Assembly (NCBI RefSeq): GCF_963676685.1
Contig: NC_092350.1
Location: forward strand, 10,416,001-10,480,000
Direction of reading: 5' to 3'
DNA: 64,000 nt
Source of the DNA: Mytilus edulis
Taxonomy: Eukaryota
Part shown: piece after piece, positions 1 through 15,366 of the stretch
How positions within the stretch are numbered: position 1 is the stretch's first letter
Layout: every line of letters starts with the position of its first letter
The notes under the pieces: generated by a model
Database searches by the model: none
The model's input: the letters and a program-made list of their open reading frames with translations, nothing else
What the model was told of the DNA's origin: nothing
Program-made: the position numbers and the translations under genes

Positions 1-530
1 CAAACTGCACACAAAATGGCTGAAACATATGCACCAGATAACCTTGAGGTGTCTGCAAAACAAAAGAACTGTATATCGAACTGAAGAATGTGTAGTGCAC
101 TCTTTTCAACTGTCCTCAAAAATATTTTTCTAAAATGTTGGTAATAAATTATCATACTATTTGAATATGTAAATTAGTTTGTATCACACAATAATTATCT
201 ATTGTTTAGTTGCACGCCTAATAAGATGACACTAAAATAATGAATAAGGGACTTTATTTTTTGAATTTTCCTCGGAGTTCAGTATTTTTGTGATTTTACT
301 TTTTGAGCAATAACCTATAACCATGATAAACTAAAGTTATTCTTAATTGTGCTCAATGTAGGCATATATTGTATTCAACAAGAACCAAAAATGTCTAGTT
401 AAAATTCTTTAATAAACTCATCATTGATATCAGCATTATACAAATTTATCAGAGACGCTCGAATAAAAAAGTTATAAAGTTATAAAACAGAATTTGATTT
501 TTTTTAATTTCTTGACTGTTTTTGTCATAC

Positions 531-3500
531 CTATTGTTGTTACTTCCAAAACCTCAGTAAAATTACTATGACCAAGTTTGTTTTTTGAAAACATTCGTAC
601 ATAATATGAAGTCCCTGGTGTCATCGAATAAAGCGTGAACAATTGTTGTCCTTGCATTGTGTCTGCTAAAGGTCCATAGTTTGATAGTTGAACCATATCT
701 TTGGTAAATAATTCTATATAGAATTCTTGCTGATATCCACCATTAAAATTTCTGTTCCATCTGACAAATATCTTTGTAGCTGTTGTTGCTAAAGTTACGT
801 TGTATGGGCTCAGTGGTAAACCTTTCAACAAATACAAATGATAAGTTAAAACATGTGGGCATATTGGCGTCTCGTAAAAAAAAGACCGATGGGATATATT
901 TTATTTTTTTGTTTAAAAACACATAGAACCCTATATGCAGTGGAATTTTTTTTATATTGGATAGACTGCTGGCAGCCGCATGAATATTGTATATATGCAG
1001 TGGAACTTTTTAGATTGGATAAACTGCTAGCAGCCGGATGAATATTGTATGTCGACTAACAAAAAACGAATCGGGCGCTAACTTCAGATACATTTGTACT
1101 GATGCACTATATATATTGCCTGTGTAATGTTTTTTAATTTAGCTTTTTAACTACTTCCGTTCTTTTGTTCCTGGTAAAGGTGAATACATAAAAGCTCTTT
1201 GGACGCACGAATTGTACAGAATGATAAGTAGATTTGTTTGAATAATAATGAACAATAAATGGTGCTAACAGAGAGATCAGGAGTCGGTAGTTAAACATTG
1301 TCGGCGTTACAACAATAGGAGTGCAAAGGTAATAAGTCTAAATCCTAATAAAATTTTTTTAGAAGAAAGCAAAATAGGTATCTACTCACACAAATCAATA
1401 ATATATTTAACAATCATCGAATTTTCAATAGATGGACTAATAATTTCAATTGTATACAAGAGTCCAAAGTCAAATATAAATGAACAATATTTGCTTACTT
1501 GCTGACTTTAAAGTAAAGTGGTAAGTGGTGTTTCCAAAACGACTCACAGCGGTTGCAGTATAATTTCCAAAATCCTCTCCTGTTAATGGTTTAGTCTTTA
1601 TTTTAATGTTGAAACCCTCAACATAAATGTTCCTTCCATGAATAACAACGGATATGTTGTTTTGTTCTTTAATTTCACTAACAACAAATTTTTGTTGATT
1701 AAAACCGTCTTTAATAACCATATCAACTTCCTCTAAGCTATACACTTCAAAGTTCAAAATTGTCGTTTGTGCAAATGTTCCATATTTTACAGCTTGAATC
1801 TTATTTCCAAAAATTGGAGGTCCTAAAAGAGAAAGTAGTGTGTTTCAAACATTTATACTTATTCAAACTCTAGCACCGATCGAATTTATACATACATGCA
1901 GTGTCAATGTTTCATAAAATGAAGCACTTGAACCTATTAAAGTATTATTGCTTTTTTTTTGCCGATTTTTCTAATCATTCACAATTGGCAAAAACAATCA
2001 TTAATTATTGATATTCTTCCGAGCTTCATTAAGAAACCAGTATGCCTTGTCATCGACTAGACTGACGTTTAAAACCTTTGTTATTCGATCATGTATTATA
2101 TTTTCTTGAAAAGAGAGGCGAAAGACACCAGAGGGACAGTCAAACTCATAGACTGAAAATAAACTGACAACGCCATTGCTAAAAAATAAAAAGACAAACA
2201 GACAAATAAAAGTCGATAACTGCTAACAAAAACAGGCGAAAGATAACAAAGGTCATTCAATAAAAGTTAATTCCAAGGTTGTTTTCTCTAGAGATACTTT
2301 AACGGAAGCAATATTTGTTTTTGCAGAGTGTAGAATATATGGCATAGTATATTTTGAATGGATTGTCTTATTTGCACTCATACCACATCCCTATATCTAT
2401 ATATGTATGTGCATCTTAAGTTTTAAAATAATATGCAAGAGTTAGGTGTGTCCATATCCTTTTGTGTTTTTATTTACATAGCATACCTTTACAACTGATT
2501 GCTGTATGTTTTGTTTGACGTAGTTTGTCATTACGATCAGTGATTCCATTACTAACTGAGCAAATATAAATCCCAGTGTCCTGTAATATACTTTCTTGTT
2601 TTGTTTGATTTAAAATCAAACTTCCATTCTGATCTCCATTTAAAAATCTGATGTGCTGCCCAGTATTTGAGGTATGTTCCCAGGGTTCGAATGTATATAT
2701 GTTTGGTAATCCTTTTGGAATGCAGTCTAGCTTAAAAATATTATCCATTCTTGAAACCTTTATATTTACTACCGGTGGATCTAAAATAAAAAGGTACAGC
2801 TCACACATTTAAAGAGATAATATTCTTTTTTATAGATTTTCTTTTATTTCATAGCGAAAAAAAAAAGAAGATACAGGATGGTTGTCCATAATTTTATAAG
2901 TACAATACTAAAGGTACCTCATTTAAAGCAAAATTGTTTTATTTGCAAAGCATATGTGTATAAATTTTGAGATCTGAATTAATATGTCAGTGTAAGGAGT
3001 GTCCATAGCCTTCAGTAGTATATATTAATATTTCCTGTGCTATTTACTTTCATGATTTCATAGACATTATGATCAGTGGGAAAATATTGCTATGTTGATG
3101 CTTTAAATATATTTTAATGCAAAAATCTGTTCATTGGAACTACACATATAGTAATAACTTTATACGTCAGATGCAATAAAATGTTCGAAAAATCTGTTTA
3201 CTTGATTTTTTTTATATTTCTCAATAAATTACCAAATAATTACAATAACAAAAGTATTAAAGCAAATGTCATTAATGACCAATTTTTTATACTATATGAA
3301 TAAAACCAAATACAACTGGTTCAGTCTTTGAAAACATTGCCTTTGGTTAATGGAAATAACACATTTTGATTATTTCTTATTCCGGCTGATCGAGTCAACA
3401 AATAATGAAATAAAATCGATGTGATTCTTGGCGAAACTTCAATACTGCAGACTTAATCCTGGTGTTACCGAACAGCAGTATACTACTCCATCTTATCTTA

Positions 3501-6500
3501 TAAATTGAGACATTCATCAATCTCCAATAATATGATGCATAATGTAATATGAACTATAGTTGAGACCCACCTCGGGATGTGGAATTTTCTCGCTGCATAA
3601 AAGACCCATTTGTGGCCTTCGGTTGTTATTTGCTCGTTGGTCGGATTGTTGTCTCTTTGACATATTCCTAATTTCCATTCTCAATTTCATATAACGTTTT
3701 CTTTTACGAGTAACACAGCAGGTATAACAAGTAACTTGTGACACAGCTTGTAGAGCTAGTAACTGCTGTCCATGCCGGAGCGTCTGAGATTGTTTTTAAA
3801 TTTTTTTTTGGAGGAGTTGTCTTATTTTGTGGAGGTGAGTGTTTGTGTTATTCTTTGTAGTGTTTTGTGGACTATGATAATCATTTTTTCTATTAACATG
3901 GTGTGTCTATTTTATTCGATTATTCATTTTTATTTCACCCTAAGTTTTAATTTCAATCGATTCCGATGATATAAAGCTTGTCATATTTTAAAGATGTCTT
4001 TTTTATTTACAACCTAATGTTGACACTTTTGAATACTAAGGAGGTGTGGTATGAATGGGACAAATACAAAACAGAAAAAAATACGCTGATTTAGGTTGTT
4101 TGGCTGCTGTTTATATGACGTATTACTTACATCTCATTTGTATTAGATATAAAACCATATACTTACATTGAACAGTTATATAAATTCTGGCGGTCCCAGT
4201 TCCTACCTCGTTTATGACCTTACAAGTAAATGTGCCAGTGTGTGTTTTTGTTACTGGGTATATCTCTAACATCCTGAGATCTCTAAATATGTTTATGCTT
4301 TCATCCACATCATAACTAGGGTGATACCATGAAATATTATGTTGATTGGGGTAACAAGAGAAATTGCATGTCAAATCTAAAGGACCCCCTTCTTTAAGAG
4401 TTAACTGTGTGCCTTCACTTAATCTTACTCTTGGTTTATCTAAAACAGAAAAAGAAAAAAACTGTTAATGTCGTAGAAATAAAATGAGTTTACTAAACAT
4501 TTGCTATGAGTAAAACAATAAGATAAATTTGATAATCATTCAAGCGATATAATTTCAATGTTTATTGGAATAACCAATAATTCTAGCAAAATTTAGACAG
4601 TAGCCAAATATAGACAGATTGATTCGCATATGTTTTCTGTATGATTAACAATATGATACCTACTTTCAGTTGATAAATGCATTTAGGACTTCATGAGTAA
4701 AATAAGAATCGTCCCAAACTTTCAGAAACTATACTTAATTAAAAAAAAATGCTAGATAGTTATCAAAGGTACCAGGATTTTAATTTAAAACGCCAGACGC
4801 GCGTTTCGTCTACATAAGACTCATCAGTGACGCTCAGATCAAAATAGTTATAAAGCCAAACAAGTATAAAGTTGAAGAGCATTGAGGATCCAAAATTCCA
4901 AAAAGTTGTGCCAAATACGGCTAAGGTAATCTAATCCTTGGATAAGAACATCCTTAGTTTTATAAAGATTCATCATATACATACATTTAACAACAAGCTG
5001 TACTTTGGAAATCAATGGCACAGTCATATGACGATTAATTGCTTTGCAAGTAAAATTAATACGAGGGCTGTGATAAGTCAGACGTAAAGAATGGTTGATG
5101 CGTCCAGGTCCTCCTACTATATATAATCCGTCAGTTGATTGAAGAGATAACGTTTCTGGTGGATCTCCACTGTCAACTAAGCAGCTTATTGTAAGTTCAC
5201 TGCCTTCTTTACCTGATATATAGGCTTTGTATTCGTTTAAGAATCGTATATTTGAAGGGTATTCTGTAAAGTAATTTGAAAAAAAACAAATATTAACATA
5301 AGTCAAAACGTGCATTTTTTTAAATAAATGTAAATACACAAAATTTATTTCTTTACAAAATGCATATTTTTTTGCATAAAATTTATAGATAATTTGATAG
5401 CAATGAGTTACATGATGTGTTTGATATAATAGCACTTTTTCATAAGGTTGTTGTTGGTTCTTGCATAAACTTTTTACTACCCAGCATACAGTATGAACAA
5501 GCTCTGTTTAAAATCTTTTTCCTGAAATGAACATTGATTAACTACATAAAATATGGTGAATGACAAGCCTAACGATTTCAAATTTGTTATCGTTTCCTCG
5601 AGTTCTTTTAATATAGTCAGACACTTTCCGTTCGTTTGAATGACGTTTCATTTCTCAATTGAAAAATGTGTGTGCGTGCTTGTTAAAATCATAAGAACTT
5701 TATATCTAGGAATTTGCAAATTTAAAAACACCTGTCTACAGTTTTACGATGGATTACTGAAACCATGGTGATAGCGTAAAAAAATTCACGATCTTTTATC
5801 TTCATATATATATTACCATTTATGAGCTATTTTCTATCAAGAATTGTTTTACTTTGTTTGGATTTCTTTGATTTTTTGTGGTGACGCAATTATATACTAG
5901 CAATTTCCACAAAACTAAAATGTAATAAGTATTCATCGTCAAAATCATATTTGCAAAAATACTTCGTCAGTTATAACTGTAATACTTAAATGCTTTGAAA
6001 TTAATTGTCATTTTTTGGTGTTCTTTCTTTTTAATTTGTTTTCCAGAGTGTTTATGCCGTCTTTATACTAAATTCGGTGTATGTTCACTGATTGATCTGG
6101 GGGTACATAATGTCTTCATTGATTGTAACTGACTTTGAAAAAGATCTCAATATCTGCAAGTACTCTAATTTCGGTGCTGTGTGTTTTTTCATGTCTTTGT
6201 TTTATGCCTTGTTCCAATCTCTTCCCAAGCAAGGATAGGTTTGAGTTCACACTACCATGTTTAACCCGGTCACATTCTTTATGTGTATGTCTCTAGTCAA
6301 TAGATTGTAGTTCGTGGTTGTCGCTGGTTCATGTCTTGCATTTTCATTATTTTCGTAAACTATTTTGTTCAACATCAGGCCAAACGTTTCCTCGTTTTTC
6401 ATGTCGATGCCCTTTATGGCCGGCTATATTGTATGATGTTTGCTCATTTTGAAGGTCATACTGTGACATTTTTTTGGCTTTAATCAACTTCATTTGAACT

Positions 6501-9353
6501 CTGATGGATAGTTGTTTCATTGGCATTTATACCACATCTCCTTTTTTTCATATTATGACATATTATGACATAATTGACAATTTTTAATGGTAAGCATGAT
6601 AATACCAAGCAGGAATTGGGACCCAATTATTTCTTCCTTTACTTCAATTCATTTTTTTTCATATTTGAGAGGATATTTTGTATAATATATAATATATATC
6701 ATGTAATTTCTGGAGACTGATTAAACATAGTCAATAACTACAAGTTGAGACACCTTTTGTCCAAGGGTTCGAAATACAGAGAGCCACAGCCAATCAGTTA
6801 GAAGCAGAACTTCAAACTACTAATGGATTCTGTTGAGGGTTATGCAAAAGACTGGGCAAAACGAGAAAAGGTTGAGGTTGACACTCTTTTGGAGTGGGTT
6901 AAATTAGTGATTCAGATAAGAGTAAGTAAGCTTAAAGGGTCAATGACCACCAAAGCTCCTTCCATCTTTAAAGACCCTCAGGTCATAAAGGAGTTGTCTT
7001 GCCTCCATGACAAATATGTTGTCGTTCCAGCTGACAAAGCCTCAAACAAGATTGTTTTTGTTTGCAAGAAACACTACATTGACTGCCTGATTAAGGAACT
7101 GGGGATACATAACACACTTAGAAATCCTACATATACACTAAGTACGCTTACGAAGCAGGAGATCTTGGAAAACGACAAATCGTTCTAATCTCCTTTGGTG
7201 TAAATCCAAAGGATGAAGACCAGGATCTTCCATCCTTATATTGGATTCCTAAGCTTCACAAGCGTTCTTATAAGTAAAGGTATATTGCAGGTTCTTCCAA
7301 GTGTTCCACTAAACCCCTTTCTAAAGTCCTTACTGCCATACTCACTGCAGTCAAAAAAGGACTTCAGAAATATTCCGAAACGGCATATTCAAGAAGTGGT
7401 GTTAATCAGATGTGGATACTGAAAAATTCAAAAGAGTTATTGGTGAATTAACAATCTCAATCATTAAAACATTGTATCAACTTTAAAACATTTGATTTTT
7501 CAACTCTTTATACCACTATCCCACATACCAAACTTAAAGCTCGAATGAAAGAACTCGTCAGCTTATGTTTCTTTAACAAAAAGGGCACTAGACGTTTTAA
7601 ATATCTAGTTTTGGGCTGGAATTCAGCTTACTTTGTGAAAAATCATACAGAGTCAAGGAGAAAATATACCGACGAGGATATCACTGCCATGCTGGACTTT
7701 TAAATTGACAACATATTTGTTGAATTTGAAGGTTTGGTCTTCCAACAGACTATTGGAATCCTAATGGGTACCAATTGCGCTCCTCTACTTGCAGATTTGT
7801 TTTTATATTCCTATGAAGTAGAATTCATCCAAGGGCTTGTACAGAAAGGAGAAAAGAAATTAGCCCAATCTTTTAAATTCACCTTTCGGTATATTGATGA
7901 TGTACTGTCTCTTAATAATAATAGATTCAGTGATCACTTACATTTAATATATCCAAGTGAACTTGAAATTAAAGATACTACCGACACAGATAAATCTGCC
8001 TTATATATAGACCTTTTTCTCGAAATGACTACAGATGGTAGGTTGAATACCAAAATTTATGACAAACGGGATTATTTTAATTTTCCTATAGTCTAATTTC
8101 CATTTCTGTGTAGCAACATCAGCGGCACCAGCATATGGAGTATATGTGTCTCAATTGATACGTTACTCTAGAGCTAGCTCAAAGTACGTTGATTTTGTTG
8201 AACGAGGAATACTACTTTCTCAAAAGTTGCTAAGACAAGGCTATGAATCAATCAAATTAAGGTCATCACTCAAGAAATTTTACGGTCGCCATCATGAGCT
8301 GATTGACCATTATGACAAAAGTGTGTCAGAAATCATATCTGATATTCTTCCTCAGTCATAATAACCTTCCATCATTACCGAACTAAACAAAGAAATAACA
8401 CGACGGGTGCCGTATACGGTGCAGGAAATGCTTACCCTCCCGGTTTTTAGTGGAGTTCGTGTTGTTTCTTATTTCTTATTTATAACTGTTTATATAAATG
8501 TCCTTTGGTTTTGTGAGTCTTTGTTAACTCCTTGGTTTTGATTGTTATTGTCATATAACATGTACAATAAAATTGAGAATTGAAATGGGGAATGTGTCAA
8601 AGAGACAAGTATACTAGTTCAGCGATTATGGACGTCTGCAAAATTTCAATTACTTTGACATACTAGTGGTCCCCTTCGTTGTTTCTTCGAAAATTTGTAA
8701 ATGGTCATGGCCCGCATTTAAGAGAGCAATAATATCGAAAATAAATATGGACCATATACGAACACAAACATCCACCCTTTACATTTCAGACTCACTTAAT
8801 TACAAGTTAAATAAAAGCCCTTTGGATATACTACAAATTTGAGCATCTTTTCATAATTTTTATCGCGGTACAATATCCCATTTAAAAGATAGTAGATTCA
8901 TTAAGGGTTTTCATGCGTGGGAACTGGACTGTTGTTATGTAGAGTCAGGTCACAAACATATTATCATTTAAAAACAATATGATTGTATATTTGATTGCGT
9001 ATTACTTGTAATTCTTAATGATACATCATACGCAGAAAAAATGTTGTCTTGGAAATAGCTGCATCTATATTCTCCTTCATCGTATTCTGAAATGTTCCTT
9101 ATTTTCAACTGATATTTTCCTCCGCTTTTGTTTATAATGATCTTGAAACGGTCCTTGTTTTCAATGTCTGGATTTATTGATGTTCCATCTGTATATACTG
9201 TAAAATTTCTGCTGTGATTACCATATAACATTCGTGACCAACGTATTCCGTTTACTGTCTTATTAGAACAGTTTAAGATCACTTCAGCTCCTTTGGTTAC
9301 ATATATTTTGTCTTTTTGAGGAACAGCAATACTTTTACCTTTATCATAAAAAT
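531..9353 (-). CDS. Multi-exon Ig-superfamily cell-surface protein (five Ig-like domains then FN3; nephrin/sidestep-like architecture). First exon not placed; 3' part lies beyond the window edge
   Basis: Exons with AG/GT boundaries, all phase 1: 9353-9006 (V-type Ig, LNC..IRW..YQLKIRNISEYDEGEYRC), 5263-4985, 4439-4167, 2780-2487 (DTGIYIC), 1822-1499 (DFGNYT), 821-531 (FN3, FNGGYQQEF..PGTSYYVRM). Confidence 0.85.
932..1050. repeat. ~59-bp tandem duplication (2 copies), intronic
   Basis: tatatgcagtggaa...atgaatattg occurs twice with few mismatches. Confidence 0.8.
4790..4835 (-). ncRNA. Minimal type I hammerhead ribozyme within a retrozyme-like repeat fragment (~4752-4960)
   Basis: Minus strand reads GCGTCA-CTGATGA-GTC(ttatgta)GAC-GAAA-CGCGCG-TC-TGGCGT: intact core, stems I and II, palindromic stem III. 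Confidence 0.85.
6700..8530 (+). mobile_element. Penelope-like retroelement, 5'-truncated RT pseudogene with 3' non-coding tail, antisense in an intron
   Basis: Fragmented ORFs: PADKAS, FDFSTLYT region, QQTIGILMGTNCAP, FRYIDD, SQLIRYSRA. Several stops and frameshifts; no C-terminal GIY-YIG. Boundaries approximate. Confidence 0.85.
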
Positions 9354-10519
9354 CTATACAATGTTAAAATACTTAATATTTCTAATTTATTCGAAAATAT
9401 GAGTGATTGTTTCAAAATTTGTTTAGTAATATAATAATCTATGAAGCAAGTATGTTTTTTTTTCTAATTTTCGGACAATTCTTTTTCAAGATTATAGTCT
9501 TTTATAAGTGTCTTTTATCTTATGGGTGCTATGAAATTAAAACTGTATTTCTTTTTGATTTGATATTCTCTCTATATGTTGATGAATATGAATAGTATAC
9601 ATGGTAATGCACGAGTTATGTAAAACATCTAAATAAGGCTATCTGAAAATAGCGTCAAATATGCCCGACATTGTTGTTAAATTCAACAAACTACCACTAT
9701 GCACAAAATATCAAGAATAATTTTCATGAAAAAAGTTAAACCAAGCTTTGTTGTACTGAAGAGTAATTGTGAAACAATACTTTAAAAATTGTAACAAAAT
9801 ACTACTATCAACTAAAGAGAAATTATCAATTGAAAACCCCTGCACTCCTGTTAACTAAAAAAGTTCATTTAGTCTCTGTTTGTTAGTTTTCTAATTTTCA
9901 ATCATATAGCAATTCGTTTATTTGATAACACCACTAACACAGGATATTTCTACTTACATGACACTTTTCCTATTTTTAGAATTTAATTGATTCCAAGGTA
10001 AGTTAATAATTAACTTAATGCCAGCAGCTTATGTAATCCAGCTACTTATTTTCAGTATATGAAATATATCTGTATTTATTTTTAAGTACATTTCATCGCA
10101 GTAATCATAATAAATGTAATAACATTGTGCTTTTCATTCATGCGTGTTACCTTGGCATTGTCATCAAGTAATGCTTAGTTTGATTATTAGTTCAATCAGA
10201 ATGTACATTAGACATGTTAAATTTAACCTTGATCTTATTTTTACAGTTTTCTTATTTTATTGACATTTTGCATATATATTTCATATTATTTTGATACTTA
10301 CAACAAAAGCATCCAAAGACAAGTAAAAACGTCACTTCTAGTGGCATCTAAAGTATAAAATATAAATAACATATGTTCGATATTTTGAACCTTTGTGCAC
10401 GTTTTATTCCAATATGTTGCACTTAAAAGATATTTGATTCCGGAACCTAACAGTAAAGATGAAGAGGCAGTACTTTCAAAAATACTATCTCGTTACATAA
10501 TTGTTTTTAGGTTTAGGGA

Positions 10520-10990
10520 AAAAAAATCCATTGTGAACTTTTCACTTCTATATTCCAAAATTCAAGCTGGGCCAGCATGCAGTTTATATATCTCCCAGGT
10601 GATACGATATACCAGGGCTGTTATGTCCTATCATGATTTCCTTAATAACGGGTTGCTGGTCACAAAGAAGCTGTTAAACTAAGAATTACTAGTGGTGAAG
10701 TTGAAACCGTCCCTTTCGGACACCATAACGAGTTGGTTGATCGTTATGAATTATCAGTTTCACAGATGATAAAACAGATATGTTTCAATTGTCATCATTA
10801 CAATCCCGTCCCCTTCTTCCCGAATGTGACTTTATATCCAGGTTTGTACTGACATGAGAAACACGACGGGTACCATATGTAGATCTGCATATCCTTCAAG
10901 GAAACCTGAAATCACCCATATTTTAGACATGCTGTTGTCAGTTATTTTCAACTTTCGAGTTTGAATGCCCCTTTGGTATCTTTCAGCTTT
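10520..10990 (+). mobile_element. Penelope-like element 3' remnant
   Basis: YISQVIRYTRA..YHDFL..GLLVTKKLLN followed by the cacgacgggt.. tail also seen near 8399. Confidence 0.7.
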
Positions 10991-12383
10991 CTGCATTTAA
11001 AAGCGTTCATTTTTATGTTCATAACTTCAGGAATAAATGAACGAATTAAGATAATTATACGAAATGACATGCTGTGTCCAGTAAACAGGACGACCATACA
11101 AAATCTTAACTACAAATAATTGCACAATTTGTGATGATATAAAAGCGCATTATACTTACTGTCGTTGGTTATGAGTGTAGGGAATGCCTTTATTCATAAC
11201 ATTGTTCTTTTTTCTGTCTATTAATTATTTCCTTTCTCCTCCAAACTTCCTGTGTTTGTATAGATTAAGGAAGTTTATGCCAATCAAACTCGTCGAAACA
11301 ATGCTATGACTGATGTACTTTGGAAAAATATTAAAGGAAATTGATCATTAATGCAGGAGTTGGAGTGTTGAATTTACAAAAACAATCAGATAATAGTACG
11401 ACAATATGTGAAGTGCAAAAATATGAAATCAAGTGTGTCAATTTGGTGATATCCGATTCATCAAATATTCCCAATTTGAGGAAGATAAAATGTTCGGATA
11501 CCATTTACTGATAGTTTAACCTCAATCATCCTTCTTGGACAATATGATAACAACTAATAATTTGGCTTTCGCAATCCTCACTTTACTTAAAAATTGTTTT
11601 AATGAGATATTGCTGGAGAGTCGAGACAAAACGCACTAGAAGAATATATAAGAAAATGATATTAATATATAAAAGTTTAAATATATTGCATTGTATTCTT
11701 CGTGTCAGTTATAATCTCGTTAAAGGTTCTCTTTCTTTTGTGTGTTTATTGTTTTCAAATTTAAATAATTACTGTAGTCAATTTATAAAGAAACATTAGT
11801 TATATTTATCATTGGACGAATATCCTTGAGACGAATTGACATATGTATAATATTGAGAATCTAAATGAGGACTATGTCAAAAGAAACTAACCCGACTACA
11901 TATACATATTACGAAACGTAACATTGGTTTCCTTGGTCACCAAGATTGCAAACAAAATCAACCTATCATCGATTATAGAGACGCACAATTCAATTTATGT
12001 CAAAATAAACAGATTTTATAATGTTTTTCTTATGACGTTCTATTGCACCACTGCTCCAGGTAAGGGAAGGATTGGCTTCTTTGAAAATATTAAACCCACC
12101 ACATTCGATGTGTACCAATCCCAAGTAAGATGCATGTAGTTTTGTAGTTATCGTTTGTTTATATTCATGCCTCACATGTAGCACCCGTCGTGCTGCAATT
12201 TTAGTACACATCCCGTCGGTAATTTCAGCTTCATCATTTGATATTCAAGGTTTGAAAGCTTTCTTGTTAGAGGTTTAGCTAGTTATAAAACCAGGTATAA
12301 CCCACTATGTTCTACATAAGGAAATGCCTGTACCACGTCAGGAATATGATTTTTTTAAAATAAAATGAATTGATTTATGACTA

Positions 12384-12673
12384 GTTATTACTAGATTTAT
12401 TTCAGTTGACTGGGCGGGGTTTAAGAAGTTCGCTTATTTAAGACCAGTCCATCAATATACAGGAGTATTGGGGAAAAACTCAGTGAAGTGTCCAGTTATT
12501 CGTCCCATATCATACACATTTGTATATGCGTTTGATGACACTGACATGTGATTATAATTCAATAGTTATCATAACGAAAATTACCCTTATCACACACACC
12601 TTCAAATAGACTGTTCTTATGCAAACTAAATCACAAGCTCCGCCCGATCAGTTGAAATAACATTGGTAATAAC
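12384..12673. mobile_element. MITE-like inverted-repeat element
   Basis: gttattac..tatttcagttgactgggcgg is complementary to ccgcccgatcagttgaaata..gtaataac. Confidence 0.55.
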
Positions 12674-15366
12674 ACCAGTATACTACTGTTGCCTTTATAT
12701 AGCATTTCTTTGTACTAGTATTGCTGAATATTGACATTTGTAAAGACACAGCTAGTTACGTTCAGCTACTTGCAAAGTATTTAAACATTGTAACTTCATC
12801 ACTTACATAAAAATGTGGTATGATTGTCAATGCGATATGAAAAGGGTTCAGAATACATGTAGTGATTTTGTTGTTGTAAAAGACCGTCTGATTATCATAT
12901 TATCAACTCTTGTAATTGCGATAATCGAAACTCTTATCGTCCATTTTTATATCTCCTTCAGTAATTTAGATCTCTATGTGTTCATGGAGTTATGACCTTA
13001 CATTTCAATGGCTTTCAAATGTTTTAATTTGAAAAAAGTAAGATTTTTAAATGTACATTATATAGAGACCAAGGTAGTTTATCGTGTAGATATTATAAAT
13101 TTAAACATTTTTTGCGATCGGCTTTAATGCATATATTTACCTTATGTAAGGTACATTTGAGTACACTTAAATACATGCAATTTATTTTATTAGTTATTTG
13201 CTAGTGAAAGATTTCAAAAGAAATATAAACTAAACATTAAGATGAATTCGTTTCAACTAGTATTACGGAAGTCGGTTTTGGGGTCATAGACAAGCATAAA
13301 CAAAATATTAATAAATAGATTTCACCTTGATAAAGTTATTGGATAAAACGGAGATATATATTGTTGTGGTAAGAGAGTTTCTTTCTGTATGCCTTCTTAT
13401 AGCAGATTAATTCTTATTTAACAACAGAACTATTGTATATAATTTCGATAAGTGTGTGAATTGTGCGTAAATACGTAAACTGCATTGGTTTAAGTAATAT
13501 AAAAGTTATTTAAAAATATTTGCATACTTAAATTGGCATTTAATTATCTTCCGGGTTTCATTTAATATCAACAAAGTGTTATCTATATACAAAATAACTG
13601 ACAATATTTATTTAGGTTGACGCTTCCGTCCTAAAAAGGTCAAATTTACTTTATTTGGAACAAATATGGGCAGATCAGTCATGTTTTAACTTTATTATCT
13701 AACCCTTTCGTATGCGTGCGTTAAACCCATTAAAATATGTATCTTTAAAATAATAGCTATTTCAAAAAAATAAAATGTATGATGAGTAAGTTTTTTTCAG
13801 ATATCTGATGTAAGTGCTATTTCAATATTGTTAATATAATCTATTTTATGAAAATTTGTGAAACAGTAAAACAACTGACAAATTTTTTTTTTACCTGTTG
13901 TTTTATTGATGAAAGAAAAACAACATGAACTCAATTAAATAACTAGTTGCACGTGCATATTAAAGGAAATGCAAAACCCCTTCTTTAATAACAATTTTGT
14001 AAATAGGACATTATAATTATATAAAGGTTAAATTATTCAGATAAGGAACTTCTGTCTAGTTGATTTATGACTAATTAAATAAAAAGACATGGTTTGTGCA
14101 TACATGAATAGAAAATCAATAAGTAAATGTGTTTGAATTGAACTTTGAGTTTAGAAGGAGGGTAAAGTTTGTAAGTCTGGTTCGATTTTGTGTTATGTCT
14201 TACGTTTTGTGGTTTGGAATCATTCTCATTTCTTAAAGGGATCTTAAAGTTAAGATAATTAATCAGCTTGTTCATTAATAAGATTTATATTTTAAAGCAA
14301 CTATATGCACATTTATTTGTTGTTCACAGTTGTGATCTGTGACCAAGATGAGTTCATGTAATGTCCGTTTCTGATTATTTATAGCGGTATACTACTGTAC
14401 GTCGTCTTTCGTTACACATTGCAAATTCTTTACTCAAATACTGAAAAAAAACTATTCTAATTAATTCGCTGTTATTTATTGCAATAAAGGGCGTTTAAAT
14501 GCAGAATTGTATAATACATATAAGTATGTATCTTACTTCCTATACATTTTTAGGAATATCATTAGTTAAAAGCAAATGCGCGAAGACCGTTTATATTTCA
14601 TTTCGGGTGAGTAACCTGGGTTTATTTCAATACACGGATAGAAGACGTGTGACTCCCCCGTGTAAAAACACATGGTGTTGCGGAAGAATCTGACAGGTTT
14701 CAACAGACGAAGAAATTGATGATAAACGATTGAAACGTAATAAAACACATTTAAAGCTAAGAAGTTGTTATTGTTGGTATTTATTTTGTATATACCGATA
14801 GAAGTAGGTACTAAATACTAGCATTGAAGACTTGGTCACTTTGATTAGCCACAATTCTAAATACCACATGTCGGTAAGATACATTCGTTACACAGTGGGG
14901 TATTGAACTCAGCCAATATGGAAATTACTGACCCAATATATATCGTACTACGTCGCTAGTACAATATGTAAACGATATTTTAAAATAGCACGTATACATC
15001 AGATAATAAAATTCAATAAAATTTTGTTCACTAAAACTGTTGTTCATTTTGAAAAATGGTAGGCTCCAAATTCATGCGATGTTAATAGTAGTGAACAAAA
15101 CAATGTACAAATACAATTAAGAAGGATAAAAAATTGGTTATCTGCTATAATTACACCTTATGTAAGAATCCTGGGTTTTTATTGGTTGGTAGCCAGTGTA
15201 TTTTTAACCAATTTGTTCATTTTTAACGCCGCCGGGGTATATGCAAAAAGGATATGCCTTTTTTATTTTTTCTGTCGTGGTATTTGCAAAAGAAACTCTA
15301 TCCGACTGGACGCTTGTAATGTCACAATCATCAATGCGTTTTTTTAAGTTAACATTCGGTGTAATT

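Noticed and set aside
11160-11197. Possible first exon of the Ig-FN3 gene (MNKGIPYTHNQR then gtaagt)
   Set aside because: Phase 2 does not match the phase-1 acceptor at 9353 and it is not a signal peptide; it would need an unidentified intervening exon
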